From positions 1 through 57,179 of the forward strand of contig JBGAIQ010000035.1 of the NCBI GenBank assembly GCA_044225365.1: a DNA stretch of 57,179 bases. The letters run 5' to 3'. Positions 38,049 through 48,418 of this stretch are shown piece by piece. Origin of the DNA: Planctomycetota bacterium. Lineage in GTDB: Bacteria > Planctomycetota > B15-G4 > JADJEK01. The translations under genes and the position numbers were made by a program. The notes beneath the pieces were generated by a model. The model was given only the letters and a program-made list of their open reading frames with translations. It was not told where the DNA came from and did not search any database. Numbering within the stretch: the stretch's first letter is position 1; each line of letters begins with the position of its first letter.

Positions 38049-39178
38049 GTCGCTTCCCCAGGATCCACGAAGGGCACCTGCGAGCCGTCGATCGGGCTGC
38101 GGAACGTCACCGTCGAGCCCTCGCGGCCGATCTCGAAATCGGGCTCGAGCGGGACCTTTCCCTTGCCGCCTGGCAGGTCGACGACGAGGCGCGGGATCGC
38201 GAAGCCCGAGACCTTGCCGTACATTCCGCGCACGATCTCGACGGCCCGCGCGAGCGGCAATCGGAAGTGCCCGGCGCCCGCGACCGGGTCGGCGAAGTGC
38301 AGGTAGTACGGCCGGACGCCAATGCGCACCATCGCGCGAGCGAGCGCGATCTGCGCGTCCGTCGAATCGTTGACGCCGCGCAGCAGGACGGTCTGGTTCT
38401 GGACCGTGATGCCGGCGTCGATCAATCGCCGCAGCGCGCGCGTCGCTTCCTCCGACACTTCCTGCTCGCAGTTGAAGTGCGTGATGAACCACAGCGGGCG
38501 ATGCGGCGCGAGCGCGGCGATCATGGCGTCGTCGATCCGTTGCGGCAATGTGACGGGCACGCGGCTCGCGACGCGCACGACCTCGAGATGCGGGATCGAC
38601 TTCAGATCGTGGAGCAACTCGGAAAGGACGCCGGGCGCGAGATGCAACGGATCGCCGCCGGTGATGAGCACGTCGCGAACGCCCGGGCTCTCCCGCACGT
38701 ATTGCGCGGCGCGCTTCAAGGCCGCGCGATCGAGGAAGAAGAACCCGTCGGCCCAGCTCCGCTTGCGGAAGCAGTGCCGGCAGAGCGTCGCGCAGAAGTT
38801 CGTCGGAAGGATGAGGACTCGATCCGGATAACGATGGATCACGCCGGGGACGGGCGAGCGCGCCTCCTCCTCGAACGGATCGTCGACCTCCTGTCCCGTC
38901 GCGACGTCCTCGGCGGCGATCGGGAGGACCTGTCGCAGGATCGGATCGCTGGGATCGCCGCGCCTCGCGAGCGCGAGGTAGTACGGCGTCACTCCGAGCG
39001 GGAAGCGCTCGAGAAGATCGACCGATGGCGGCACCGCCGATTCCGGCAGATTGACCGCGGCGAGCAGTTCGCCGACAGTGCGACAGCGATGGCGCGTCTG
39101 CCAGCGCCAATCGCTCCACTCCGGCGTATCGCGCAGGTGGCGCAGGTCGAGGACTTCGTTTCGAACCAAGCTGGACAT
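38045..39178 (-). CDS. kamA: KamA-family radical SAM/PLP aminomutase (lysine 2,3-aminomutase/EpmB-like)
   Basis: WSDWRWQ, HRYPDRVL, CATLCRHC, ITGGDPL, PVTLPQRI, NQTVLLRGVND, RPYYL, DLPGGKGK. Confidence 0.9.
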   Translation of the reverse strand: MSSLVRNEVLDLRHLRDTPEWSDWRWQTRHRCRTVGELLAAVNLPESAVPPSVDLLERFPLGVTPYYLALARRGDPSDPILRQVLPIAAEDVATGQEVDDPFEEEARSPVPGVIHRYPDRVLILPTNFCATLCRHCFRKRSWADGFFFLDRAALKRAAQYVRESPGVRDVLITGGDPLHLAPGVLSELLHDLKSIPHLEVVRVASRVPVTLPQRIDDAMIAALAPHRPLWFITHFNCEQEVSEEATRALRRLIDAGITVQNQTVLLRGVNDSTDAQIALARAMVRIGVRPYYLHFADPVAGAGHFRLPLARAVEIVRGMYGKVSGFAIPRLVVDLPGGKGKVPLEPDFEIGREGSTVTFRSPIDGSQVPFVDPGEAT

Positions 39179-39255
39179 TCGAAGCGTGATTCTATTCGAA
39201 TGCGCAGTGTTTAGCATTGCGCGACTTCTCGGTTCGGCTCACAGGATGGATCCCG

Positions 39256-40413
39256 ATGGCGGACAAGCAGCGCGGCGGCACGCATCGTCGCGACTTCAAA
39301 CGTGCGCGGCCCGTGGCGCCCCCTTCGATCACCGGCAACGAAACGCCCGCCGACATCATGGGACGCATGTTCAACGCCTACGTGGGCCGCCAGGAGCGGA
39401 CGGCGTTCGATCTCATGCGCCGCTCGATCGAGGAACGATATGCCGTCTTCCTCACGCTCTCCGGAGCGATGACGCCCGCCGGCCTGCATCAGAGCTGCCT
39501 CATCCCGATGGTCGAGCGCGGTCTCGTCGACTGCATCACGACGACCGGCGCGAACCTCTATCACGACGCGCATCGCGTGCTCGGCCACAAGATCCGCGAG
39601 ATCCGCCCCGACGCCGGCGATCTCGAGCTGCGCCTCGCCCGCATCATCCGGATCTACGATCTCGGCTTCGACGAGGACGTGCTGCTCGACACCGATCGCT
39701 TCTTCTCAGCGGTGATGCTGCTGCCGGAATTCCAGAAGAAGATGTCGACGCCCGAATTCCACTTCCTGCTCGGCAAGCACATGGATCGCATCGAGCGCAA
39801 GCTGAAGGTCGACCGGCCGTCGCTGCTCTCGACCTGCTACCGCAAGCGCGTTCCGATCTTCGTCGGCGCGGTGCAGGACGGGTCGATCTTCCTCAACGTC
39901 GTCAAGCTGAAGCGACTGCTGGGCGACGCCTTCAAGCTCGAGATCGACGTCGCCGCCGACGTCTACGAAATGGGCGCGATGCAGCACTACTGCTCCGACG
40001 CGCTGAAGAAGAAGCTCGCGATCTGGATCCTCGGTGGCGGCGTCCCGAAGAACTACACATTGCAGGGCGAGCCGCTGCTCGGCCAGATCCTCGAAGTCGA
40101 TACCGATGGCTTCGACATCGACGTGCAGTTCTGCGTCGACCCGGTCGACAACGGCGCGCTCTCCTCCTGCCCCGCATCCGAGGGCCACACCTGGGGCAAG
40201 ATCTCGCCCGAGGGCGTCGCGCGCTCGGTGTACTGCCATTGCGACGTCACCGCGGTCTTCCCGTGGATCACCTACTCGCTGTTCTCGGAGAAGGTGAAGA
40301 AGCCGGGCCTCCGCCTGGCGGATCAGCGTGCGGCCGCGCTCGCTCATCTCGATGCGTCGGTGATGCGGAAGAAGAAGCGCCTGCTCGCGATGTCGAAGGA
40401 CGGCCGCGTCTGA
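39256..40413 (+). CDS. Deoxyhypusine synthase-like protein (DHS / SpeY-type homospermidine synthase family)
   Basis: LSGAMTPAG, TTGANLYHD.H, DGSI, LGGGVPKN, D.GALS, SEGHTWGKI (catalytic Lys retained). Confidence 0.9.
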   Translation: MADKQRGGTHRRDFKRARPVAPPSITGNETPADIMGRMFNAYVGRQERTAFDLMRRSIEERYAVFLTLSGAMTPAGLHQSCLIPMVERGLVDCITTTGANLYHDAHRVLGHKIREIRPDAGDLELRLARIIRIYDLGFDEDVLLDTDRFFSAVMLLPEFQKKMSTPEFHFLLGKHMDRIERKLKVDRPSLLSTCYRKRVPIFVGAVQDGSIFLNVVKLKRLLGDAFKLEIDVAADVYEMGAMQHYCSDALKKKLAIWILGGGVPKNYTLQGEPLLGQILEVDTDGFDIDVQFCVDPVDNGALSSCPASEGHTWGKISPEGVARSVYCHCDVTAVFPWITYSLFSEKVKKPGLRLADQRAAALAHLDASVMRKKKRLLAMSKDGRV

Positions 40414-40419
40414 ATTCGA

Positions 40420-41544
40420 TCACGTGCGTCGCGTCGCGCCCACGATCCACGAATCGAACAGCGATTCGAGCGGCGAACCGAGCAGGCCGTCGAGCGCGGT
40501 CGCGGCGCGATTGAGCCCGAGCAGGCACGCGCATACGAAATGACCGCTGCGATGGGCGATCTCGGGGATCGGCCAGGTGAGCTGGTAGAAGCGCTTGAAC
40601 TCGACGACGTAGCCGCGGGCGGTCAGCCACTCGCAGATCTGGTCGCGCGACACACCGTTCAGCTCGCGATTCGGCAGCACCGACTTCTCGCGTCGCCTGC
40701 GCGCGAAGCCCGATGAATTCGGATTGAGATCGCCGATCACGAGCCGGCCACCCTTCTTCACGACGCGATCGATGCCGTCGAGGAACCGCTGCGGTTCGGG
40801 CGCGAACGAGATCACGCCGGAGTTGTAGACGAGGTCGAACTGCTCCTCGAACGGCGGCTCCTCGACGAAGCCGACGCGGGCGTCGATCTCGAGCCCGTTG
40901 TCCTTCGCGTTCTGCACGACGAACTTTACCATCTCGGAGCTGGGGTCGAACGCGGCGAGACGCGCGAGCTTCGCCTTGCGACCCGCTTCGATGCCCACCC
41001 ATCCCGCACCGGATCCGGCGTCGAGCACCCGCTCACCGGCGCGCGGCGGCGAGAGGTCGGACAAGAGGCGCCGCATCCAGCGGAAGTGGCCGTAGCCCGG
41101 CGAGCCGGGAAAGCCGTTCCAGCCCGTGGCCTTGCGATCGAACTTCTCCTGGGTGAAGGTCGGCGACATCGCGGTGAGACGGCGGAGCGCGACGAGCACG
41201 AATCCGTCGCGATCGCCGACCGCGCCTTCGATCGTCTTGCGCGACTCCACTTCGATGCGCTCGATCGGGCGATCCTTCCGCAAGCGATACACTCGATTGA
41301 CGTGGAGCACCGGCCAGAGAGCGTTCCGTAGCGCGGCGAGCGAGGCTTCGTCGTTCCGGGTCGAACCGACGAGGATCGCGCGAGCCTCGCGGTCCTGCGA
41401 CAGTCCGCTCGCGCATGCCGCGAGGACGCGCTCCTTGGCGGATTCGATCCCCGCCGACAGATCGACCTCGACGAAGAGATCGCTCGCGGGAGTCGCAGAG
41501 GGATTGCGCAGGTCATCGAGAAGGGCAGATTGCAGCGTGGGCAT
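40420..41544 (-). CDS. Class I SAM-dependent methyltransferase with extra N-terminal domain
   Basis: VLDAGSGAG, FDPS.EM, FDLV, RVVKKGGRLVIGD. Confidence 0.8.
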   Translation of the reverse strand: MPTLQSALLDDLRNPSATPASDLFVEVDLSAGIESAKERVLAACASGLSQDREARAILVGSTRNDEASLAALRNALWPVLHVNRVYRLRKDRPIERIEVESRKTIEGAVGDRDGFVLVALRRLTAMSPTFTQEKFDRKATGWNGFPGSPGYGHFRWMRRLLSDLSPPRAGERVLDAGSGAGWVGIEAGRKAKLARLAAFDPSSEMVKFVVQNAKDNGLEIDARVGFVEEPPFEEQFDLVYNSGVISFAPEPQRFLDGIDRVVKKGGRLVIGDLNPNSSGFARRRREKSVLPNRELNGVSRDQICEWLTARGYVVEFKRFYQLTWPIPEIAHRSGHFVCACLLGLNRAATALDGLLGSPLESLFDSWIVGATRRT

Positions 41545-41656
41545 TCCGAGTCATCCAGAAGAGGCCGGAAGCATACCTCGTAGTTTCGCACCGCGAGTAT
41601 CTTTGACGGTGCCGGATCGAAACGAATCGGAATCCTTCTCTCCAGGATCGCGCGGC

Positions 41657-42748
41657 ATGGAAATCGTCGTCATCGGTGGCGGACTCTTCGGACTCGCGGC
41701 GGCGTTGGAATCGAGCCGGCGCGGACATCGCGTGCGGCTCTTCGAAGCGACGCGGATCCCCGCGGAGAAGGCCGCGAGCCACGATGTCTCGAAGGCGCTG
41801 CGCCACACCTACGGCGAGAAGAGCGCTCTGTATGCGCCGCTCGTGCGCGAGGCGATCGACGCCTGGCGCGAACTCGAGCGCGCGACCGGCCGGCGCCTGC
41901 TGCATCAGGTCGGATTCCTCGCTCTTGCCTCGAATTTCGCGCCGGGCGGGTTCGAGTTCGAGAGCGCGCAATGGCTCGCGCGTTTGTCGATCCGTCACGA
42001 GATCCTCGACGCGGCGGCGATCTCGCGGCGCTTCCCCGCTTTCTGTGCGACGGGCGCGGATCGAGCCGTTCTCGATGTCGAAGCGGGTTACCTCGAACCC
42101 GACGAATGTCTGCTCGCATTGCGCGAGATGGCGGAGCGCAACGCCGTCTCGATCCACGAGGAAATTCCGATCGACTCGATCGATTCACCTCATCTCGTCG
42201 GTGCCGACGCCGTGATCGTCACGACCGGCGCATGGGTCGACAAGACGCTGCGGCAGCTCGGTCCGAGCATTCGCCCCACGCTCCAACACGAGTGGTTCTT
42301 CGCGCCCTCCCATCCCCTCGACGTGCCGGTCTACAGTTGCGATCTCGCGACGCGCGGCTTCTATGGCTTCCCTCGACTGCGACGCGGCCACTTCGCCGGG
42401 CTCTACAAGGTCGCCACGCATCTGCACGGCAGCGACGCCGATCCCGACGACGTACGCAACGAGGACCCGGTCGACCGATCCCGCACCGAAGCGTTCGTAG
42501 GCGAGAGCCTCCCATTCCTCATACCGACAGCGATCGGCCATCGCGGCTGCTTCTACGCGAACACTCTCGATGGCCACTTCCTGTTCGCGAAGGTTCCGGG
42601 CCACGACCACGTGTTCGCCGCCGGCGGCGGCTCGGGTCACGCATTCAAGTTCGGACCCGTGCTCGGGCGACTCGCCGCCGACTTGGTCGAGGGCAAACCG
42701 GTACCCGCCGAATTCGGCCTCTCGAGGACCGCGGGTCGCACGGTCTGA
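41657..42748 (+). CDS. FAD-dependent amine oxidase (monomeric sarcosine oxidase/SolA-like)
   Basis: VVIGGGLFG, AASHD.SK..R..Y, TTGAW, GCFYANT.DGHF (covalent-FAD Cys position), GGSGHAFKFGP. Confidence 0.88.
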   Translation: MEIVVIGGGLFGLAAALESSRRGHRVRLFEATRIPAEKAASHDVSKALRHTYGEKSALYAPLVREAIDAWRELERATGRRLLHQVGFLALASNFAPGGFEFESAQWLARLSIRHEILDAAAISRRFPAFCATGADRAVLDVEAGYLEPDECLLALREMAERNAVSIHEEIPIDSIDSPHLVGADAVIVTTGAWVDKTLRQLGPSIRPTLQHEWFFAPSHPLDVPVYSCDLATRGFYGFPRLRRGHFAGLYKVATHLHGSDADPDDVRNEDPVDRSRTEAFVGESLPFLIPTAIGHRGCFYANTLDGHFLFAKVPGHDHVFAAGGGSGHAFKFGPVLGRLAADLVEGKPVPAEFGLSRTAGRTV

Positions 42749-42764
42749 AGATCGCTGCGCGATC

Positions 42765-43613
42765 TCACTCGCCCGGTTTCTCGAGATATTCGTTCGACGC
42801 GAAGATCGCCGAAGTGGCCGCGAGCAGGACTCCCACGATTCCGAAGACCATGAGCAACGCCATCCCGTACGTGGGCGCGTAGCCGATCTCATCGAGGTGC
42901 TCGAGCTTGCGCACGAAGAGGTCGCTCGCCACGCCGAAGTGATCGAGCACGGTCGCCACGAAGAGGTTGACCGAGAGCCACGACCCGGGACCGGGGATCG
43001 CGAGGATGGCGTCCTGGATGGAAACGAAGATGACTCCGTAGACGACACCGCGACGCGTGAAGAGTCCGAGGAATAGGAACATCGCACAGTAGGCGGCGGC
43101 ACCGAGCATGTTGGCGACGATCGCGCCGACGAGGAGCCCCGAGTACTTCGTTATGAACTCGAATCCGACGCTGCCGACTTGCAGCAAGTAGAGCGCGAGG
43201 AGCGACGGGACGACGAGCGCGAGCGTACTGATCCACGCCGCGAGGAACCGCCCGATCACGATCGACGAGCGGGGAACGGGCCGCAGTCGGAGGTAGAGCA
43301 CGGTGCCGTCGTCGACGTCATCGCCGATCGCCGATCCCGCGAGGAACAGTGCGACGAGCGGAACGACCGCGTTGATGTAGAAGAGGTTGATCCCTTCCCG
43401 GAACGACCCGGGGCCTCCCGCTCCACGATGCCCCAGCGCGAGAGCGATGGCGATGATCGCGGGAGGAACGATCGCGAGCAGAGCGAGTCCGATGAGGCGC
43501 CTTCCTCGCAGGACGTGGAGCGGCGACAGGAGCGTGATGCGCAGACTCGCGACGAGGAGCCCGAGCGGCCCGCGCGGGTGAGGAAGACGGACGATCGAGA
43601 GGTCGTTTGCCAT
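42765..43613 (-). CDS. ABC-2 type transporter permease
   Basis: Multiple TMs; AIGDDVDDGT..YL..RPV.R motif. Confidence 0.85.
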   Translation of the reverse strand: MANDLSIVRLPHPRGPLGLLVASLRITLLSPLHVLRGRRLIGLALLAIVPPAIIAIALALGHRGAGGPGSFREGINLFYINAVVPLVALFLAGSAIGDDVDDGTVLYLRLRPVPRSSIVIGRFLAAWISTLALVVPSLLALYLLQVGSVGFEFITKYSGLLVGAIVANMLGAAAYCAMFLFLGLFTRRGVVYGVIFVSIQDAILAIPGPGSWLSVNLFVATVLDHFGVASDLFVRKLEHLDEIGYAPTYGMALLMVFGIVGVLLAATSAIFASNEYLEKPGE

Positions 43614-43625
43614 GGGATCGTCCGC

Positions 43626-44543
43626 TCACTTCACGAGGTAGTCGAACACGGCTTCGAGGGATTCGTCACGGGTGACGACGCTGGAGACTTCGATGCCTTC
43701 GTCGAGCACCATCGATTCGAGCCGTTGGAACAGCCGCTCGGGTTCCTTGGTCTCGACCGTGAGCTGCGACGAATCGAACTGCATGCCGTGGACGCCAGGC
43801 TCGACCGCGAACTTGGCGCCCACTTCGCGATGACGCTCGGTGTGGATGCGAACCTGCAGCGGATGTTGGGAGAGCAGGGAGCGGATCTCGGACACCTTGC
43901 CCTCGGCGACGAGCTTGCCGTGGTGGATCAGCACGATCTGGTCCGTCGCCGATTCGACTTCGTGCAGCACGTGACTCGAGACCAGCACGGTGCGCCCCAG
44001 GTCGCCGAGACCGCGCATGAGATCGAGCATCTGCTTGCGCCCGACGGGATCGAGGCCCGTCAACGGTTCGTCGAGGACGAGGATCTCGGGATCGTTGACG
44101 AGCGATTGCGCGAACTTCGCCCGCTGGCGCATGCCCTTCGAGTAACTGCCGATCGGCCGGTCGGCGGCTTCAGTGAGCCCGACGAGTTCTAGCAGTTCCC
44201 GAGCCCGACGCTTCGACTCGCTGCGCGAGAAGCCCGTGAGGTAGGCGGCCGCGAAGACGAATCGATACCCGGTCCACTCGTTGTTGTACTTCTCGATATC
44301 GGGGCAGCAGCCGATGCGCGCGCGTGCTTCGTGATTCCCGAAGATCGGCTTGCCGAGGATCTTCACGACCCCGAGGTCGGGTCGGATCTGGCCGGTGATG
44401 AGCCGAATGAGCGTCGACTTGCCAGCGCCGTTCGGACCGAGCAGACCCGTGACGCCGGGCCCGATCTTCAACGTCACATCGTTCAACCCGCGCACCGGGC
44501 CGTAATCACGGCTAACGTGCTCCAGTTCGATTCGAGCGTCCAA
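43626..44543 (-). CDS. ABC transporter ATP-binding protein
   Basis: GPNGAGKS, YSKGMRQR, LDEPLTGLDP, SSHVL. Confidence 0.93.
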   Translation of the reverse strand: MDARIELEHVSRDYGPVRGLNDVTLKIGPGVTGLLGPNGAGKSTLIRLITGQIRPDLGVVKILGKPIFGNHEARARIGCCPDIEKYNNEWTGYRFVFAAAYLTGFSRSESKRRARELLELVGLTEAADRPIGSYSKGMRQRAKFAQSLVNDPEILVLDEPLTGLDPVGRKQMLDLMRGLGDLGRTVLVSSHVLHEVESATDQIVLIHHGKLVAEGKVSEIRSLLSQHPLQVRIHTERHREVGAKFAVEPGVHGMQFDSSQLTVETKEPERLFQRLESMVLDEGIEVSSVVTRDESLEAVFDYLVK

Positions 44544-44807
44544 GTGAGGGTCCTTCCTGAGAACGGGGGCCTACGAGAGCCGGAGCGAGGAATCCCGACC
44601 CCCACGACGAAGGGGGGAAATTTCATCGGGCGCCACGCCCCACCGCGACGGCTGACTGGAGTGAATTGCGCGTAAGGATCCGCAAGATCGAAGGCGGTGT
44701 GCGTATTGCCGCGATCGGTGGGTCATAGTACCCTTGAGTTGGCGCTTCCCGAAGCCGATCCGTTCCACCACACACCTCGAACGGTTTCGATCAGGGAGAC
44801 GACCCGG

Positions 44808-46451
44808 ATGGAATCTGTGCGAATTCTCATCCTTCGACTGGCGCTTGCCGCCGTCCTGGCCTTCCGCTTCGAAGCGATGGGCCAGCAAACGGCATTCGAA
44901 CAGACCGGCGGTTCCGCATCGGAACTGTTCGGCTCGGTGGTCGTTCGCATCCATGATTTCGATCACGATGGAGTCGAGGACCTCGCCGTCGGCGCGCCCG
45001 GTTTCGATCCCACGGTCCTGCTCACCAACGCCGGGCGCATCTACGTCGTCTCTGGCAAGAGCGGAGCCTTCCTCGGATTCGTGAACGGCGGTTCGGCGCT
45101 CGAGAAGTTCGGCACCTCGATCGTCCGGATCGATGACGTCACCGGAGACGGAGTGCCGGACATCGCCGCCGGCGCTCCCGGCTTCGGTGGAGGCAATCCC
45201 ACCGGGGCGATCCGCATCGTCGATGGCGCGAATCTCAGTCCCATCGGACTGATCGCGGGACCGTCGGCCGGAGCCCGCATCGGCGAACGACTCGTCGCAC
45301 TTACCGATCTCAACGGGAATGGCGTGAAGGAGATCGCGACCGGCGCTCGCGGACTCTCGATCGGCCTCACGCCCAACGTCGGAGCCGTACTGATCCTCGA
45401 TCCGGCGTCGGGCGCGACGATCGCGCAATTCAATGGACTCGCGGCGTTCGACGCGTTCGGCACGGGCCTCGGCCTCGTGAAGGACTTCAGTGGAGACGGC
45501 GTCCCCGAGCTCGTGATCGGCGCCCCTGGCGCGGATCCGCTCGGGAACAACGGCGCGGGCATGGTCCAGGTCGTCGATCCCGTGACCGGAAACGTGCTTT
45601 CGCAATTCAACGGACTCGCGGCGAGCGATTCGCTCGGAGCGACGTGCGACGGTCTCAGCGACATCGACGGCGACCAGTTCCCCGAGATCGTGGCGGGAGC
45701 GACCGGAGCGACCGTCAACGGCATCCCCCTCGCGGGGTCCGTGTTCGTCTACTCGACGGGCGCGAGTCAGGTCCTGGCGCGCATCGACGGCACCTCGGCC
45801 AATGACCAGTTCGGATCCACGCTCTCCGGCCTGCTCGACATCGACGGCGACGGGTTCGACGATTTCGCGGCGGGCTCGCCGAACTGGACGAAGCCGGGAG
45901 TGGCCGCAGCGGTCGGACGGGTCATCGTGTTCAGCGGCAGGACGCAGTCGTTGCTCTACGACTTCGCGGGCAGCTCCGGCGGCGTGGAATTCGGCGCCTT
46001 CGTCGGCCCGCTCGGCGATCTCAACGGCGATCATCGTCGCGACTTCGTGATCGGCTGGCCGTCGTTCGATCCGGTCGCGACCGACGCGGGTCAGATCTCC
46101 GTTCGCCTCGGCTCGACGCCGACGTGCGACATCACCACCACGGGGCAATACGGCAGCCCGATCACCTTTCGGCTGCAAGGCACACCGGGGCAATTCGCCT
46201 TCGTGATGCTCGACGTCGCACCAGGGTACTTTCCCACGGTCTACGGCAAGCTCTACCTCGGATTGACGGCGGCGTTCGGCGTCTTCGCGCTGGGGAACGT
46301 CCCGCTGGGTGGCAGTCTCGTGATCGCAACGACCCTGCCCCCCGCCGGTCCGCCCTCGGCGACGGTCTATCTCCAATCCGCGATCACGGATCCGAATGCG
46401 ATGGGCGGCGCTTGGTTCGGCGGTCACACGACCCTCAACATGCATCCCTGA
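44808..46451 (+). CDS. Secreted FG-GAP (integrin-alpha-like) beta-propeller protein with C-terminal beta-sandwich domain
   Basis: Signal peptide; seven FG...D(F/L/I)(D/N)GDG..D/E...GAP repeats. Confidence 0.9.
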   Translation: MESVRILILRLALAAVLAFRFEAMGQQTAFEQTGGSASELFGSVVVRIHDFDHDGVEDLAVGAPGFDPTVLLTNAGRIYVVSGKSGAFLGFVNGGSALEKFGTSIVRIDDVTGDGVPDIAAGAPGFGGGNPTGAIRIVDGANLSPIGLIAGPSAGARIGERLVALTDLNGNGVKEIATGARGLSIGLTPNVGAVLILDPASGATIAQFNGLAAFDAFGTGLGLVKDFSGDGVPELVIGAPGADPLGNNGAGMVQVVDPVTGNVLSQFNGLAASDSLGATCDGLSDIDGDQFPEIVAGATGATVNGIPLAGSVFVYSTGASQVLARIDGTSANDQFGSTLSGLLDIDGDGFDDFAAGSPNWTKPGVAAAVGRVIVFSGRTQSLLYDFAGSSGGVEFGAFVGPLGDLNGDHRRDFVIGWPSFDPVATDAGQISVRLGSTPTCDITTTGQYGSPITFRLQGTPGQFAFVMLDVAPGYFPTVYGKLYLGLTAAFGVFALGNVPLGGSLVIATTLPPAGPPSATVYLQSAITDPNAMGGAWFGGHTTLNMHP

Positions 46452-46464
46452 CCCAGCGCCGGAC

Positions 46465-47475
46465 TCACCCCTTCACCACCTCGAAGCCGCGCACTCTTCG
46501 ATGCAGGACGAAAAGGGCGAGGACGGCCCACGCGGCGGCGACGACGAGGACGCGCGAGAACGCGACGTCCTTCAAGGGTTCGGCGGCGGTCTGGAAGCGA
46601 CCGGACAGCATGGCGAGCTTGCGGGACGAACGCCGCACCTCGGGCTGGATCACGACCGGCTCCGACGGATCGACCGAATCCGATCCCGTCGATGGCTCCG
46701 CACTCGCCGTCGAGCGCACGTCGAGGACTTCGTAGTTGATCCGTTCGATCACGGAGACCGGATTCAAGAGGCGGAACTCGACATTGCGCGTGATGCCGAC
46801 GAGGGCGAGCGAGACGACGGGCAAACCGATGAGGATCGCGGCGATCGTGAGCATCGCATTGCGCTGCGTCTTGGCGAGCGACGACACGGCAAGGATGACC
46901 AGGGTCAGGAGCGCGATCCCGATGGTCTGTGCGACGACCGTTCGGACCAGGAGCGGCACTTGCGCCGCGAAATACCCCGGCTGTTCGGTCACCGAGACGT
47001 CGAGGATCCACAGGATCAGCAGCGGCACCATGCTGTTGAGCGCGGACACGGCGACGATCGTGAGGGATTTCCCGAACACGTAGTCGAAGCGCGTGAGCGG
47101 CCTCGAGAAGTAGATCTCGAGGGCGTTCGATGCGATGTCGTTGGCGATCGCTCCCCCGCCCGCGGTGACAGCGACGAGTGCGACGCAGTAGTTGAACCAG
47201 CCGATCGCGCGGAACACGGTGTCGGGAGTGAGATGCAGGAAGCGACTCAGTTCCTTCGGCAGTTGTTGGATGTTCCCCGATTCCGGCAGCAGGCTCGGGA
47301 GCAGCAGGAAGAGGCCGCCCGCGATCGTGAGCGCGATCGCCGGCAACGCGAGGATCCAACTGAGGCGCTTCTTGAAGAACTGGCGAATGCCGGTCTGCGC
47401 GATCGCGAGGTACCGAAAGCGCCGCGGATGCCGCACGCCCTCGATGCGCTTGTAGGAGAGGTCGTAGATCGGCAT
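46465..47475 (-). CDS. ABC-2 type transporter permease
   Basis: MPIYDLSY, IANDI..NALEIYFSRPLTR.DY..GK; multiple TMs. Confidence 0.85.
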   Translation of the reverse strand: MPIYDLSYKRIEGVRHPRRFRYLAIAQTGIRQFFKKRLSWILALPAIALTIAGGLFLLLPSLLPESGNIQQLPKELSRFLHLTPDTVFRAIGWFNYCVALVAVTAGGGAIANDIASNALEIYFSRPLTRFDYVFGKSLTIVAVSALNSMVPLLILWILDVSVTEQPGYFAAQVPLLVRTVVAQTIGIALLTLVILAVSSLAKTQRNAMLTIAAILIGLPVVSLALVGITRNVEFRLLNPVSVIERINYEVLDVRSTASAEPSTGSDSVDPSEPVVIQPEVRRSSRKLAMLSGRFQTAAEPLKDVAFSRVLVVAAAWAVLALFVLHRRVRGFEVVKG

Positions 47476-47476
47476 C

Positions 47477-48418
47477 TCAGTCCTTCGCCAATGCGCGCAT
47501 GAAGAGATCCTCCAGCGATTCCTCGAGCGGCGCGAGATGTCGCAAAGGCGTCTTCGACTCGCGGGCCACCTCGAACATGCAGCGCGGGGTCGGTGCAGGT
47601 CGCCCGTCCACTGCGGTCACGATCAACGAACCGCGCGGTTCGCGCTCGGCAGCAAAGCCGCGACGCACCGCGGCGGCGACGAAAGCCGTGGGGTCGCCGT
47701 GGACACGAACGACGAATCCTGCGCCGCGATCCTTCAACTGTTCGATCACACCCGACGCGCGGACCTTGCCGCCATCGAGGACGACGATGTCGTCGCAGAC
47801 GCGTTCGACGTCGCGCAGGAGGTGCGACGAGAGCACGACGTGGATCTTCTTCTCGTGACCGAGGTCGTGGACGAGATCGAGGATCTCGTTCCGCGCCTGC
47901 GGATCGAGTCCGTTCGTCGGCTCGTCGAGCAGGACGATCGCCGGATCGTGGACGAGCGCCGCGGCGAGCTTGACCTTCTGCTTCATGCCCCGCGAGTACT
48001 GATCGACCGGCCGATAGCGTTCTTCGTCGAGGCCGCAGTAGAGCAGCACTTCGTGGGCGCGCTGCTTGGCATCGCCCGCCGTCATCCCGCACATCCGTCC
48101 CGAGTACGACACGAACTCGAGTCCCGAGAGGCCGGGAATGTGACAATCGCTCTCCGGCATGTACCCCGTGTTCATGCGCACGGCGAGTGGAGCCGAAGCG
48201 GAGTCGAAGCCGAGCACGCGCGAGCGGCCGGCGAAAGGCGATACGAGTCCGAGGAGCGTGCGCAGGAGCGACGACTTGCCCGCTCCATTCGGTCCGAGGA
48301 GACCGAGCGAACCACCCTGAAAGGCGAAGTCGACGCCTTTCAGCGCCTCCTTCTTGCCGTACCGCACCACGAGTCCGGAGATCGAGATGACGCTTTCGCT
48401 TGCGGGAGTTTCGACCAT
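47477..48418 (-). CDS. ABC transporter ATP-binding protein
   Basis: GPNGAGKS, YSRGMKQK, LDEPTNGLDP, SSHLL. Confidence 0.93.
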   Translation of the reverse strand: MVETPASESVISISGLVVRYGKKEALKGVDFAFQGGSLGLLGPNGAGKSSLLRTLLGLVSPFAGRSRVLGFDSASAPLAVRMNTGYMPESDCHIPGLSGLEFVSYSGRMCGMTAGDAKQRAHEVLLYCGLDEERYRPVDQYSRGMKQKVKLAAALVHDPAIVLLDEPTNGLDPQARNEILDLVHDLGHEKKIHVVLSSHLLRDVERVCDDIVVLDGGKVRASGVIEQLKDRGAGFVVRVHGDPTAFVAAAVRRGFAAEREPRGSLIVTAVDGRPAPTPRCMFEVARESKTPLRHLAPLEESLEDLFMRALAKD

